Assembly: GCA_044356295.1 (NCBI GenBank)
Contig: JBIKWN010000001.1
Coordinates: forward strand, 1 to 64,000
Source: Bdellovibrionota bacterium
GTDB taxonomy: Bacteria > Bdellovibrionota_C > UBA2361 > JBIKWN01
Direction of reading: 5' to 3'
Length of the DNA stretch: 64,000 nt
Positions within the stretch are counted from its first letter, which is position 1; every line of letters begins with the position of its first letter. A model generated the notes under the pieces. It saw nothing but the letters and a program-made list of their open reading frames with translations. It did not search any database and was not told the origin of the DNA. Shown piece by piece: positions 10,559-21,919 of this stretch. The position numbers were made by a program, and so were the translations under genes.

Positions 10559-11060
10559 GGCAATTAGAAATACAATAAAGATAAAATTTGGAAAAGGTTT
10601 CTTTCAAGAAATTTTTGTCTTGATGCTCACGTTGCTTACAGGGTGTAGTTTTTTTGATTCTCTTCAAGGAAATTCTAATGTTAACCCACAACTTCCATCT
10701 TCTCAGGGAGGATCTCTCCCTTCAAATACATCAACTTCGCTTGGTTCAAATGAAGCAAGCTCTCCTGTTTCTGTAAAACCTCTGAGCGACCCTAAAAAAC
10801 TTACCGATGTATCGCTTGAGCTAAGGCTACCTGATGCTCCAATTGAATTTCTGATCATTAATTACGGAACATCTAAAACGAACCTCAATAATCATAAAAA
10901 AATCAGCAAAGAGTCATTAATCTTAGTAGACGAAAAAGATCGCCTGTATCGTTTTATTCTTCGTGACGCAGGTGAACTTCGCCCTCTTTTTGCTAATATA
11001 GTTACCCAAGCAGGTGAATTTACCTCTGATCCAAGCGAAACGTTTGAAGTTACTGAATAG
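10557..11060 (+). CDS. Hypothetical lipoprotein
   Basis: Lipobox LTGC followed by a Ser/Pro-rich linker; start uncertain. Confidence 0.65.
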   Translation: MAIRNTIKIKFGKGFFQEIFVLMLTLLTGCSFFDSLQGNSNVNPQLPSSQGGSLPSNTSTSLGSNEASSPVSVKPLSDPKKLTDVSLELRLPDAPIEFLIINYGTSKTNLNNHKKISKESLILVDEKDRLYRFILRDAGELRPLFANIVTQAGEFTSDPSETFEVTE

Positions 11061-11083
11061 AAAATTTTTAGGAGTATCAAATT

Positions 11084-12283
11084 ATGAATGACACAGCAGT
11101 TATTGCATTCTCAGGAGGACTGGATACCTCTTTTCTTGTTCCTTTTGCTCGAGAGAAGTATGGATTTAAAAAGATAATCACTTGTACAGTCACAACCGGT
11201 GGTTTCTCTAATGATGAGCTCGAACGAATTGCTAAGCGCTCAAAGGAAGTTGGTGCAGACGAGCACGTATTAGTACGTGCAGAAAATGAATTCTATGATT
11301 CAATTATTCGTTATTTAGTTTATGGAAACGTCAGCCGTGACGGATACCCTCTTTCAGTTGGATCGGAGCGCCTGATTCAAGCAAAACGAGTTGTAGAGTT
11401 AGCAATTCAAAGAGGGTGTAATCACGTACTTCATGGATCCACTGGTGCTGGAAATGATCAGTATCGATTTGATGTTGCGATTCAGGTTTTTAGTAAAAAC
11501 AAAGCAACCTGCGTTACTCCTATTCGAGAATTTAATATTTCCCGAGATGATTCGACAAAATTCTTAAAAGAAAAGGGAATTTCAGTTTCAGAAAAAACGA
11601 CCAAGTACTCGTACAACGCGGGGCTTTGGGGCGTTTCTATCGGGGGAGCCGAAACTCACATATCAACCGGATTAATTCCCGAAGATGCTTGGTATTCAAA
11701 ACCAAATACTTCATCTCAATCAAAAAAATTTAGTATTGAGTTTCATAAGGGCTCTCTTGCAAAGCTTCATGTCGACGGTACAAGTATTACTGAACCAATT
11801 GCTCTAATACAAAAAATTAGTGATCTTGGTAATGAATTTGCAATTGGACGCCATTACCATACGGGAACTTCGATTCCTGGAAAAAAAGGTAGGATTGCAT
11901 ATGAATCACCTGCAGCTGATATCATCTATGAGGCGCACCGCACACTTGAAAAAATCACACTGAGTCAGATGCAGATCTCATCTAAAAAGAATATCGCCGA
12001 AGAATATGGAAAAATTATTCATGAAGCTAAGTTTTTTGACCCTTACAGAGACGATCTTGAAGCATTTTTAGCAAGCTCTCAAAAAAGAGTCACAGGAATT
12101 TGCACCATTGAATTGGGTCAAGGATATATTAAATCAGTTGTTGCAGACTCTCCATTTAACCTCTTGGCTGCAAAAGGTGCTACCTACGGAGAGATGTCAT
12201 CATTCTATGATGGAAGAGACGCAATCGGGTCAACAAAATTATATGGATTTGAACAATATCTTTTTCATTATTTAAATGATTAA
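11084..12283 (+). CDS. argG: Argininosuccinate synthase
   Basis: AFSGGLDTS, HGSTGAGNDQYRF, GKKGRIAYE; AGGAG upstream. Confidence 0.93.
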   Translation: MNDTAVIAFSGGLDTSFLVPFAREKYGFKKIITCTVTTGGFSNDELERIAKRSKEVGADEHVLVRAENEFYDSIIRYLVYGNVSRDGYPLSVGSERLIQAKRVVELAIQRGCNHVLHGSTGAGNDQYRFDVAIQVFSKNKATCVTPIREFNISRDDSTKFLKEKGISVSEKTTKYSYNAGLWGVSIGGAETHISTGLIPEDAWYSKPNTSSQSKKFSIEFHKGSLAKLHVDGTSITEPIALIQKISDLGNEFAIGRHYHTGTSIPGKKGRIAYESPAADIIYEAHRTLEKITLSQMQISSKKNIAEEYGKIIHEAKFFDPYRDDLEAFLASSQKRVTGICTIELGQGYIKSVVADSPFNLLAAKGATYGEMSSFYDGRDAIGSTKLYGFEQYLFHYLND

Positions 12284-13358
12284 TACTGCTGTACCACTAA
12301 TTCAGAGATTAATTCAGATTGAGTCAATCTCAAAAAACGAAGAGGCTCTTGTTGCTTTTTTCTCTGATTGGCTGAGCAAGTATTTCCCTAAAGATTCAAT
12401 CTCTATTGATGATAGAAATATCGCTATCACCATTACAGGTAAAAATTTCAAAGAAGACTCTAAGGAGTCAAAGACTCTCTTACTCTGCTCACACTACGAT
12501 ACCGTTCCTGTTTGTTCAGGTTGGACAAAAAAGCCATTCGGCGCAGAAATTGAAAACGATTCTATTTATGGATTAGGTGCCAACGATGCGCTTGCATCGG
12601 TTGTTTCAATGACCTGTGGAACATTACTTTCACTGAACGAAATTTTATCGAGTAAAAACAGAGTTATCCTTTCCTTCGTATGCGAAGAAGAATTAGGCAA
12701 TAATGGATTTGTTCGAATTGAATCAACCCTGCCTCGCTATGATTATGCAATCTTTGGCGAACCAACTTCGCTAAGAATTGGATACTGCATGCGAGGCTCA
12801 ATGAAACTTAAAGTTCTTGTTCGAGGTAAAGCATGTCATGCATCTCGTCCACATGAAGGAGACAATGCAACTTTTAAACTAATTGATGCATTACAAAAAA
12901 TTAAATCTATAGAACTTTCTGATAGTTCAGCCTGGGGAACTGCTACTCTAGAGCCCGTAAGAATTAATAGCGGCATCGCAGAGAATCAAATTCCTGACCT
13001 GGTTGAGATATTTCTTGATTCACGTCCAACCTGGGAGAGAAATAATGAATATATTATTGAAGCTCTTAAGAGCACTGGTCTTGAATTTGAAGTAGTGCGA
13101 AATATTCGACGACCAATGTCTATCGAGAAAAATCATCCACTGATTCAACTTTTAACATCCTCTCTCGAATCACCACAATTCAAAACAATACTTTATCCAT
13201 TCGGTGGTAGCTGTGATATGGCTTTTTCAAAAGCCCCTTCAGTTATTTTTGGTCCCGGTGCATCTGAACGATCACACGCAGCAGATGAGTTTATTAAGAT
13301 TCAAGAACTCTCTGAGGGAATAATGGCTTTTTCTAGAATAGTATCTGCCCTATCCTAA
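12276..13358 (+). CDS. argE: M20 family acetylornithine deacetylase-like
   Basis: SHYDTV, GLGAND, EE, GEPT, HAADE; overlaps the argG stop. Confidence 0.8.
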   Translation: MINTAVPLIQRLIQIESISKNEEALVAFFSDWLSKYFPKDSISIDDRNIAITITGKNFKEDSKESKTLLLCSHYDTVPVCSGWTKKPFGAEIENDSIYGLGANDALASVVSMTCGTLLSLNEILSSKNRVILSFVCEEELGNNGFVRIESTLPRYDYAIFGEPTSLRIGYCMRGSMKLKVLVRGKACHASRPHEGDNATFKLIDALQKIKSIELSDSSAWGTATLEPVRINSGIAENQIPDLVEIFLDSRPTWERNNEYIIEALKSTGLEFEVVRNIRRPMSIEKNHPLIQLLTSSLESPQFKTILYPFGGSCDMAFSKAPSVIFGPGASERSHAADEFIKIQELSEGIMAFSRIVSALS

Positions 13359-13367
13359 AGAATATTA

Positions 13368-14534
13368 ATGTACTCAAGTAATAACTATCCCATAAGAACT
13401 ATTCTGTTCTATTCAATTTTTACTATCAGTATTTGGATTTCGCTGTACGTACTATTTCCGTTATCTCGATACGATATTATACAGTATATTACTGCTTACA
13501 AAGCATTCACTTCAGGAATAAATTCTTATATTCCTCAAGAAGCTCTTACGCTGCAGAAAACTATCTCACCAGACTATATTCATGCTGTTATGTTCTGGGC
13601 ACCGCCCTGGCTACTCATTCCACTATCACCACTATATTTTTTTGACACACTAGCAAACCAATGGATTGTATTCCTTGGAATTGCTTCTTGTTTTATTACG
13701 CTTCAAGCTTATATCGGTTCGAAAATCTCTTCTAACGTTTTTATCGGACTTATTTCAACTCTCACCACTGCTACCTACTCATCGCTTGCTATTGGTAATG
13801 CAGCCTTTATTCCCGCAACTGGGTTTTCTTTTTTTCTTTACGGGATAATCAAGCGTTCTACTTTTTTAACCGCATTAGGTATAGCTTTAGCAACAACAAA
13901 GCCACATCTGTTATTTAGTTTTTTTATAATTTTTCTTATTACAGATTATCGATTTGCTTCTCAATGCATTACTAAGATCTGTCTATTATTCTTTGGAATG
14001 GTTTCAGTAAGTATCACGGTGAATGGATTTGAAGCTCATCAATATTGGATTCAATCTTTTTTTTCTCAGACTACTGATATTTCAGCCGTTGAAAAAGCAT
14101 CATGGATGTGCGCAAATTTTGATGGCTTCCTAAGAACGATTATCGATTTGCCATATGCACTAAGGATTACTCTCATAGGCGCTCTTAATATTCTTCTTTT
14201 ATTCTTGGTCATACACTTCAAACGGTTAATTAAATTTCCAATTGATTTTATTTGGCTTCTACCGCTTTGTCTTTTTTTAGCACCCTATGGATGGCTCTAT
14301 GATGCAATGTCGATTCAAGTGTGCATTGCTTTTTCGGTTTTATTGGCAGGAAAATATATAATGGACCGTAAATACCTATTCATTATTATTAGCTATGCTC
14401 TTTTACAGACTCTTTTTATTTTTTACTTACTCTACATAGCTAAATTTCAACATGAGTTCTGGTGGTATACTCCCGTTCAGTGCATTCTGGGATTGTATAT
14501 CGCATCAAGAGTTCGATCGTACCAAACGACATGA
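13368..14534 (+). CDS. GT87/DUF2029-like polytopic glycosyltransferase
   Basis: Many TMs; WAPPW, KPHL, PYGWLYD motifs. Confidence 0.65.
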   Translation: MYSSNNYPIRTILFYSIFTISIWISLYVLFPLSRYDIIQYITAYKAFTSGINSYIPQEALTLQKTISPDYIHAVMFWAPPWLLIPLSPLYFFDTLANQWIVFLGIASCFITLQAYIGSKISSNVFIGLISTLTTATYSSLAIGNAAFIPATGFSFFLYGIIKRSTFLTALGIALATTKPHLLFSFFIIFLITDYRFASQCITKICLLFFGMVSVSITVNGFEAHQYWIQSFFSQTTDISAVEKASWMCANFDGFLRTIIDLPYALRITLIGALNILLLFLVIHFKRLIKFPIDFIWLLPLCLFLAPYGWLYDAMSIQVCIAFSVLLAGKYIMDRKYLFIIISYALLQTLFIFYLLYIAKFQHEFWWYTPVQCILGLYIASRVRSYQTT

Positions 14535-15514
14535 CTATTTTAAAAAATATTTTTATCTCCCTAGTAATTACAATAGTTCTACTTGAGTTCATATTACGTC
14601 TTTCTGGATTAATATTCTTCGAGAAACCTACTTCATCAAATTTAAAAGGTCAGAATCCTTTGCGTGTTGATGCTGAAATAGGATGGGATAATAATCCGGG
14701 AGCTCTTATCGGTGGCCACAATCAACCATATACGATTCTTCCATCATCTGATCGAGCAACCACTGACAATGCTCTCATCACGAAAAATGATAATAATCAG
14801 AGTTTTGATTTTTATGGTTGCTCGTTTACCAATGGTGGATGGAATCTGAACAATAACCAATCATATCCATCAGTAGTTCAACAACTTTCACCCTCTTGGG
14901 CGGTTCGAAATTTTGGTGTTTGGGCTTACAGTACCATACAAGCTCGAATGCTAGCAGAAAGACAGATCAATAATAATGATAGTGCAAAGGTAGTACTGTA
15001 TGGGTTCGTTGGATTCCATTCAGCTAGAAATGCGGCTATCCCTGGCTGGACTATACCGATGTCTAACTCTAACTATTTTAATGAATTTTTTATTCCATCA
15101 GCTATCCAGTATTCTGGAACAAATCAGTATTACAATCACTCAATAATAAAAATGCCTTTCAGAGACATGCTACTTACTGCCCGTGCCATAGAAGTTATCA
15201 TAGAACATTTGCGTTTTATTCTATCTAATAAGGATCCAATTCAGTTAACACTTTCTGAGATTAATTCATTTTCACAAAGCGTAGAAAATAATGGCAAACG
15301 TTTTATAATCGTACTCCTAGCTGACTTCAATCCAAGAATGGATGAAATCATAAAAGGCATTAATGCTTACTCATTAGAGATGATCGATTGCAGATATCCT
15401 GGGGATATAAGTAAATTCGCTATTCCTGAAGACGGGCATCCAAATGCAGAACTTCACTCTTATTGGGGTAATTGTGTTTTTAATTATCTAAAGAACCATC
15501 CTTCAGAATCTTAA
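14531..15514 (+). CDS. SGNH/GDSL-like membrane-anchored hydrolase/acyltransferase
   Basis: LEFILRL anchor, GCSFT, NFGV, DGHPN; ATG 14531 overlaps the upstream stop. Confidence 0.7.
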   Translation: MTILKNIFISLVITIVLLEFILRLSGLIFFEKPTSSNLKGQNPLRVDAEIGWDNNPGALIGGHNQPYTILPSSDRATTDNALITKNDNNQSFDFYGCSFTNGGWNLNNNQSYPSVVQQLSPSWAVRNFGVWAYSTIQARMLAERQINNNDSAKVVLYGFVGFHSARNAAIPGWTIPMSNSNYFNEFFIPSAIQYSGTNQYYNHSIIKMPFRDMLLTARAIEVIIEHLRFILSNKDPIQLTLSEINSFSQSVENNGKRFIIVLLADFNPRMDEIIKGINAYSLEMIDCRYPGDISKFAIPEDGHPNAELHSYWGNCVFNYLKNHPSES

Positions 15515-18500
15515 TATCCAAGATTCGGGGCAAGCCATTTCTCGGCCTCCTCAAGCGTCATACCTTTTCTCGTTGCATAATCAGCAACTTGATCTTTATC
15601 AATCTTTCCAACTGAAAAGTACTTACTTTCAGGATGGGAAAAATAAAAACCAGAGACACTACTACCGGGATACATTGCACAACTTTCGGTAAGTTTAATC
15701 CCAACTGTTTTTTCAGTTTTCATGAGGTTCCAAATTTTTCTTTTCTCTGTGTGCTCAGGACATGCTGGATATCCTGGGGCTGGACGTATCCCTCGGTACT
15801 CTTCTAAGATCATCGATTCAAAATTTGCAACCGGCTCAGACTTTCCGTAACCAAGTGCAATTCGGATTTGATGATGTAAGTACTCTGCAAAACCTTCTGC
15901 AAAACGGTCTCCAAGCGCTTTCACCATTATTGATTGGTAATCATCACCTTTTTTCTCGTAATAAGTAGCAAACTCGTCTACTCCTTTACACGTTACAGCA
16001 AACGTTCCCATGTAATCTGTAATCCCAAGTTCTTTAGGGGCTACGAAATCTGATAAAGCAAGATTATAAAGCCCTTCTTTTTCCTTCTGCTGTCTTAAAA
16101 AACAGAAGCGCTCTAACACTTCACCATTATCTCCGTATACTTCAACATCATCACCAACAGAAGCAGCACGGTAAATTCCAGCAAGTCCTTTTAACTTAAA
16201 AATCTTTTCATTAATAATTTTTTTGAGCAGTATCTGGCTTTCTTCAAAGATTTCTTTTGCCTGCTGACCATACAGTTTATGTTCAAATATCTTTGGATAA
16301 CTCCCCTTAAGATCCCATGTCCAGAAAAATGGCGACCAATCGATATAATTTGAAACAGTTTTTAGATCAATATCAGAGAAAATCTTTGAACCTAGAAACT
16401 CAGGTGTCTCAACTTCGTATTCCTGGTACGGCCAACGATGAGCTCTTGATTCTTCCAGTGATATAAATTTTGATTCTGCTTTTGCTTGAAGAAATGTTTC
16501 TCTAGTTTTCTTTTGGCTAGATTTTAATTCCTTTACATATCCAACTCGTCGTTCATCACTAAGAAGATTTGAACAAACCTCAACAACTAATGATGCATCA
16601 CCAACATGAACAACAGGGCTTTCATAGTGAGGAGCAATTTTGATTGCAGTATGTGCCCTTGATGTCGTTGCGCCACCTATCAAAACAGGAATATTCATTC
16701 CTAGTTTTTGAAGCTCTTTAACGTTTTGAATCATTTCATCAAGCGAAGGAGTAATTAATCCACTAAATCCAAGAATATGGGCATTATGTTCTTTCACTGC
16801 TTTTAGAATATCTTGGAAGGATACCATGACCCCAAGGTCGATAACTTTGTATCCATTACATGCAAGAACAACACCGACAATATTTTTTCCAATGTCATGG
16901 ACATCACCTTTAACAGTAGCAATGACAAAGGTATTTTGTTGTTTTTGAACACCTGCAGCTTCTTTTTCTTTTTGCATGTACGGTTCAAGGTATGCAACGG
17001 CACGCTTCATAACCCGCGCACTTTTTACAACTTGAGGAAGAAACATCTTACCTTCACCAAAAAGGTCGCCAACCACTTTCATTCCAGTCATTAATGGGCC
17101 TTCAATAACAGCCAGTGGTCTTCCTAAAAGTGCTCGTGCTTCTTCAGTATCGACATCAATAAAATCAACAATCCCTCGTACAAGTGAATGCGTAATACGT
17201 TCATCGAGGGTTCCATTTCTCCATTCAAGGTTTTCAATGCCTTTTTTATCAGAAGAAACTCCTTTAAATTGCTCAGCGTAATCAACAAGTATTTCAGTTG
17301 CATCTGGTCGTCTGTTGAGTAACACATCCTCTACTTTCTCACGCAATGACGGGTCAATGTCCTCATAGACTTCAAGCATCCCAGCATTAACAATTCCCAT
17401 ATCAAGACCAGCTTTAATAGCGTGATACAGAAAACAGGAATGCATTGCTTCACGAACCTTATTATTCCCGCGGAACGAGAAAGAAACATTGCTGATACCA
17501 CCACTCGTTAATGCACCCGGACAGATTTTCTTTATTTCTCTGACTGCTTCGATGAAATCAATTGCATAGTTATTATGCTCATCAATTCCAGTTGCTACGG
17601 TTAAGACATTCGGATCGAAAATAATATCACTCGGTTCAACCCCTACTTCATTAACAAGAATATCGTAGGCTCTTTTGCAGATTCGAATTTTATCATCTTT
17701 CGTTGCAGCTTGACCTTGCTCATCAAAGGCCATTACTACCATTGCTGCACCATAACGAAGCACTGTTGCAGCCTGTTCTTTAAACTTCTCTTCGCCTTCT
17801 TTGAGACTTATAGAATTAACGATTGATTTACCTTGAACACACTGAAGTCCAGCTTCAAGCACACTCCATTTGGAGCTATCAATCATCAAAGGAACTTTTG
17901 AAATATCAGGTTCACTTGCAATCAAATTAAGGAACTTCGTCATGCAGGCTTCGCTATCAAGGAGCCCTTCATCAAAGTTTATATCAATGACATTGGCACC
18001 ATTTTCGACCTGTTGTCTTGCAACTGACAGTGCTTCATCAAACTTATCTTCTTCAATAAGTTTTCTAAATTTCGGAGAACCAGTTACATTTGTTCTTTCT
18101 CCGACCAAAAGAAATCTATTGGTGTCAGAAGGAATGATTGAAAAAGGTTCTAATCCAGAAAGCTTTAGTGATTGAAGGTTTTCAGGAATAGTTCGAGGTT
18201 GGTTTTTCTTATTAAACTCGACTATTGCACGAATATGCTCTGGAGTCGTTCCACAGCAGCCACCGATAATGTTGACGAGCCGCTCGTTAGAAAACTTCTG
18301 AAGGGCTGCAGCTGTATCTGCAGGTTTTTCATCGTATCCTGTTTCACTCAACGGATTAGGCAGTCCTGCATTTGGATAACAGCTCACAAAACAATCTGCT
18401 ACCTTTGATAACACTTGCATGTATGGATACATATCATTTGCACCCAGAGCACAATTGATACCAACACTCAGCGGTTTTGAATGTCGAACTGAATTCCAGA

Positions 18501-19197
18501 ATGCTTCAGTAGTCTGACCAGAGAGCGTCCTTCCCGATAAATCAGTAATCGTAACCGAGATCATCAGTGGCATTTTTTTGCCAGATTCCAATTGATATCG
18601 ATCGACTGCAAAAAGCGCTGCCTTTGCATTTAATGTATCAAAGATAGTCTCAACCAAAAGTAAATCGACACCACTATCACCAAGAACTTTTATCTGTTGA
18701 AAATACGATTCTTCTAATTGTTTAAAAGTAACTGCCCGGTATTCCGGATTATTAACATCCGGAGAAAGCGAGGCAGTTCTGTTTGTTGGACCAACTGCAC
18801 CTGCAACAAAACATTTCCTTCCTGGATTTTTTGCGGAAAATTCGGAAACAGCTTCACGCGCTATCCGAACTGCTGCAGAGTTTATTTCATCAACAAGGAA
18901 CTCGAGCCCATAATCAGCTTGTGCAATCGTCGTAGAAGAGAACGTATTAGTTTCAATAATGTCTGAACCAGCTTCAAGATACTTTAGATGTATCTCTTTA
19001 ATAATTTCTGGTTTTGTTAAACAAAGAAGATCGTTATTGCCTTTTAATAATATCTTATGATCGGCAAGTTCTTTCGTTCGAAAATCTGGCTCTTCAAGCT
19101 TATAGCCTTGAATCATGGTTCCCATACCACCATCAAGAAAAACAAGGCGTTCTTTAAGGATCTTTTCTAGTTCAAGGTAAGCTAGAGTCTTTTTCAT
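15511..19197 (-). CDS. metH: B12-dependent methionine synthase
   Basis: [32 protein letters not shown]; full 1228 aa. Confidence 0.98.
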   Translation of the reverse strand: MKKTLAYLELEKILKERLVFLDGGMGTMIQGYKLEEPDFRTKELADHKILLKGNNDLLCLTKPEIIKEIHLKYLEAGSDIIETNTFSSTTIAQADYGLEFLVDEINSAAVRIAREAVSEFSAKNPGRKCFVAGAVGPTNRTASLSPDVNNPEYRAVTFKQLEESYFQQIKVLGDSGVDLLLVETIFDTLNAKAALFAVDRYQLESGKKMPLMISVTITDLSGRTLSGQTTEAFWNSVRHSKPLSVGINCALGANDMYPYMQVLSKVADCFVSCYPNAGLPNPLSETGYDEKPADTAAALQKFSNERLVNIIGGCCGTTPEHIRAIVEFNKKNQPRTIPENLQSLKLSGLEPFSIIPSDTNRFLLVGERTNVTGSPKFRKLIEEDKFDEALSVARQQVENGANVIDINFDEGLLDSEACMTKFLNLIASEPDISKVPLMIDSSKWSVLEAGLQCVQGKSIVNSISLKEGEEKFKEQAATVLRYGAAMVVMAFDEQGQAATKDDKIRICKRAYDILVNEVGVEPSDIIFDPNVLTVATGIDEHNNYAIDFIEAVREIKKICPGALTSGGISNVSFSFRGNNKVREAMHSCFLYHAIKAGLDMGIVNAGMLEVYEDIDPSLREKVEDVLLNRRPDATEILVDYAEQFKGVSSDKKGIENLEWRNGTLDERITHSLVRGIVDFIDVDTEEARALLGRPLAVIEGPLMTGMKVVGDLFGEGKMFLPQVVKSARVMKRAVAYLEPYMQKEKEAAGVQKQQNTFVIATVKGDVHDIGKNIVGVVLACNGYKVIDLGVMVSFQDILKAVKEHNAHILGFSGLITPSLDEMIQNVKELQKLGMNIPVLIGGATTSRAHTAIKIAPHYESPVVHVGDASLVVEVCSNLLSDERRVGYVKELKSSQKKTRETFLQAKAESKFISLEESRAHRWPYQEYEVETPEFLGSKIFSDIDLKTVSNYIDWSPFFWTWDLKGSYPKIFEHKLYGQQAKEIFEESQILLKKIINEKIFKLKGLAGIYRAASVGDDVEVYGDNGEVLERFCFLRQQKEKEGLYNLALSDFVAPKELGITDYMGTFAVTCKGVDEFATYYEKKGDDYQSIMVKALGDRFAEGFAEYLHHQIRIALGYGKSEPVANFESMILEEYRGIRPAPGYPACPEHTEKRKIWNLMKTEKTVGIKLTESCAMYPGSSVSGFYFSHPESKYFSVGKIDKDQVADYATRKGMTLEEAEKWLAPNLGY

Positions 19198-19270
19198 GAA
19201 TCAATAACAGAAACGTTCACACAATTTTAGTTTATTCGGGATTCCTCAGAGCAGTATGGAGTAAGGAATC

Positions 19271-19588
19271 TTAAACATCAATTAATGCTAAGACTGCACT
19301 TCTAAACATTTGATACTCTTTAAAGAGTGACTCTTTCCAACCTTCATCGTCTATATTGAACTGCCGGTCTTCCACTTTTTTGCATCTGTTAAGTAAAGCT
19401 TTTGTAGCTACTTCTAAGTCAGAAAAATGAAAAAAACCTGCGGCACCCTTAACTTTATGAACAATTTTACCAACAGCTACGATTGACTCTTTTGTTACAT
19501 GATTGCCATAAAGGTTTGATTCTATTTCGATTATTTGACCTTTAAGCTCTTGAATAAATAGAATTTTTGCGTCGTCTAATCCAGTCAT
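19271..19588 (-). CDS. Stand-alone Hpt phosphotransfer protein
   Basis: HKVKGAAG motif in a small helical protein. Confidence 0.8.
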   Translation of the reverse strand: MTGLDDAKILFIQELKGQIIEIESNLYGNHVTKESIVAVGKIVHKVKGAAGFFHFSDLEVATKALLNRCKKVEDRQFNIDDEGWKESLFKEYQMFRSAVLALIDV

Positions 19589-19682
19589 ACACTATCTACA
19601 ATATAGACAAAGATGAGTTTAAACCACTTGTATTTTCAGATAGTTACTACTAACCTCTATTTGTAAATTAATAGTTTATTTT

Positions 19683-20780
19683 ATGAAAAAAATCCTCCCA
19701 ATTATTATCATTATTCTCGCTGCAGTAGGCATTGGTTACAATTTCATTAATAGGGAAGGAAAAAACCCAAGCTCAACAACTATTGATACAACATTCCCAA
19801 CTCCTCCAAACCCAGGATCTGGAAGCAATAATTTAGGAGTAGGACCATCTGGCAGCAACTCAGATGTCACATTAGAAGGAGCTGAAGGTGACGACTCAGG
19901 TGTTATCGATGATGTTAAACCAGCTTCTATTGCATATAAGAATGCAGAAGAGGCTCTTAATGCAATTAAAAAAGGTGCTGCTGATTACGACGACATGATT
20001 CTTGAACAGTTCACAAGCCCTGGTGAAGACTGTACCTTTTGTTCACAACTTTACGCAGATTTAAAAAGTCTTCTAAACTCTTCTTCCGCTAAGAATGAAG
20101 AGAAAGCTTACTATGCTGAAATACTGGCTATAAGTGGTAACGTCGACAATATTAAAACTTTAGTAGAAGGCTATAAAAGCGCTGCTTCGACTGAGAATAA
20201 AGAGCTCTTTAGCGCTGCTCTAGAACTATCAACAGGAAAAGATGATGTGGTAAAATATCTTGGTAGTGAGCTTAAAACAGACAATCCAGATCTCAAAGAA
20301 TCAATCGTTGCTGCTATGACCAACCAAGGAGGAAGCATTGCATTCGATACCCTATTTCAAAATATCGTAGCAAGTAAGAATTCTGATGGATTTTATTCAA
20401 TGGGAATTGGTCCAGCTGAGATGATTTTAGATGAACAAGGATTAGCCAAGGCCCAAGAATATGCCCAAAAAAGAGACGAATATTCCCCACTAGCTGTAAA
20501 GGCCATGCTTAATTCCGGATTACAGGGATTAAAATCAGTGATAGACATTCTAGAGTCATCCAATGATCAAGCCTCTAACGAAAAATTAGTTCAAGGCGCA
20601 ATAGATCATATTGGGTTCGATGAGCAAACAGATCTTTTCCTCAAAGAAAAAGCTAAAAGCTCAAACCCTGCTGTTAGAAAACTTGCTGAAGAAACGCTAA
20701 AAGATTACGCAAATCAAGAAGAAGCCTTGGATGAAGATGCTCCATCTGATGAAGCACCAATGACAATGATGAATCCTTAA
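19683..20780 (+). CDS. Membrane-anchored HEAT-repeat-like protein
   Basis: N-terminal TM, Pro/Gly linker, CxxC, helical repeats (NPDLKESIVAAM, NPAVRKLAEETL). Confidence 0.6.
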   Translation: MKKILPIIIIILAAVGIGYNFINREGKNPSSTTIDTTFPTPPNPGSGSNNLGVGPSGSNSDVTLEGAEGDDSGVIDDVKPASIAYKNAEEALNAIKKGAADYDDMILEQFTSPGEDCTFCSQLYADLKSLLNSSSAKNEEKAYYAEILAISGNVDNIKTLVEGYKSAASTENKELFSAALELSTGKDDVVKYLGSELKTDNPDLKESIVAAMTNQGGSIAFDTLFQNIVASKNSDGFYSMGIGPAEMILDEQGLAKAQEYAQKRDEYSPLAVKAMLNSGLQGLKSVIDILESSNDQASNEKLVQGAIDHIGFDEQTDLFLKEKAKSSNPAVRKLAEETLKDYANQEEALDEDAPSDEAPMTMMNP

Positions 20781-20821
20781 TCTAAAGTGTATTTGACTTA
20801 TTATTTTCTTGTCGACTTATA

Positions 20822-21919
20822 GTGCCTCAAAAAGTCATTAATAAAATCCAAGAAATTAGTCTGTATCTAACATGCTTCTTACTGCCGATTAAACTTACAC
20901 TTGGCTATATTGGACTTATTCCACTTTTGTTAATTTGGATAGTTCAAAACTTTTCATCAATCCCTCAGAAAATTTTTCAACTTCCAACTTCAGGTAAGTA
21001 TTTTTTCTGTTTATTATATTCCCTTGCACTGCTTTCACCTTTTGGAATCAATCCTGAAAATTCATTAAGACATATTGGGACACTTATTTTTTTTCCATTA
21101 ACGATTCTCTGTATTTCTTCACTTGCTGAACATTACAAAGACAAAATATTGATGCTGATACTGTTAGGAGCTTCAATATCTTGTTTCTTAAGAATCCTTG
21201 GAGTTATTCCTGGTTTTGATTTTCCAATTATTGGAACGGTCTCTCAATCAGGACAACTTGCTATACTGATTTTTTTATCACTATATTTTGTTTCAACTAA
21301 TTTAAATAAATCAGTGTACGCCTTAGTTTGTTTCATTCTTCTTCTTTTAGGATTGATACTTAATCTTAAAAGAGGTCCATGGATAGGTGTTAGCCTTATA
21401 CTTTCATTCTTCCTACTCAGAAAGCGAACTTCATACGCAGCTTTATTTATTGGATTACTATTGGGTGTGGCATTTTTTATTCCTCCTATCTATGAACGAC
21501 TTGCATCATCGCTCAATCATTTTTTTATTGCGGGAGGAAGAAGTGAAATCTGGGGCATAGGGTATGAACTCTCACTGAAATATCCTTTAGGTATAGGTTT
21601 TGACAACTCAGGTGCACTACGAGATTTTTCTTTAGAAATACCGAAAAACCTAAAACATTTTCACTCGAACTTCCTTAATATTCTTGTAGAAGGAGGCTTG
21701 CTAAGTCTTTATCTTTATCTTGGGTTTATTATCTCTTTAATAAAAGAAGCTAAGATAACAATGATCTCCTCACCACAAGACAGCCAAAGAATTTTTCTTT
21801 ATCTTGGTCTTATGTCTTCTTTGGTTGCCGGACTTGTCGAATATAACTTTGGCGATAGCGCCGTAATAAGTATTTTCTATATTATTCTTGGATTGGCGTA
21901 CTCAAAAACTACTGCTTAA
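20822..21919 (+). CDS. O-antigen ligase (WaaL/Wzy_C) family protein
   Basis: KRGPWIG, R..IW, PLGIG, HFHSNFL..LVEGG. Confidence 0.85.
   Translation: MPQKVINKIQEISLYLTCFLLPIKLTLGYIGLIPLLLIWIVQNFSSIPQKIFQLPTSGKYFFCLLYSLALLSPFGINPENSLRHIGTLIFFPLTILCISSLAEHYKDKILMLILLGASISCFLRILGVIPGFDFPIIGTVSQSGQLAILIFLSLYFVSTNLNKSVYALVCFILLLLGLILNLKRGPWIGVSLILSFFLLRKRTSYAALFIGLLLGVAFFIPPIYERLASSLNHFFIAGGRSEIWGIGYELSLKYPLGIGFDNSGALRDFSLEIPKNLKHFHSNFLNILVEGGLLSLYLYLGFIISLIKEAKITMISSPQDSQRIFLYLGLMSSLVAGLVEYNFGDSAVISIFYIILGLAYSKTTA

Noticed and set aside
15762..18966. Short ORFs nested in metH (likewise in mrcA, atpA, atpD, the kinase, mnmE, pyrE, cyoE)
   Set aside because: No motifs; expected shadows of long genes.
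19198..19270. Cobalamin or SAM riboswitch before metH
   Set aside because: Gap is only 73 nt and shows no recognisable aptamer motif.
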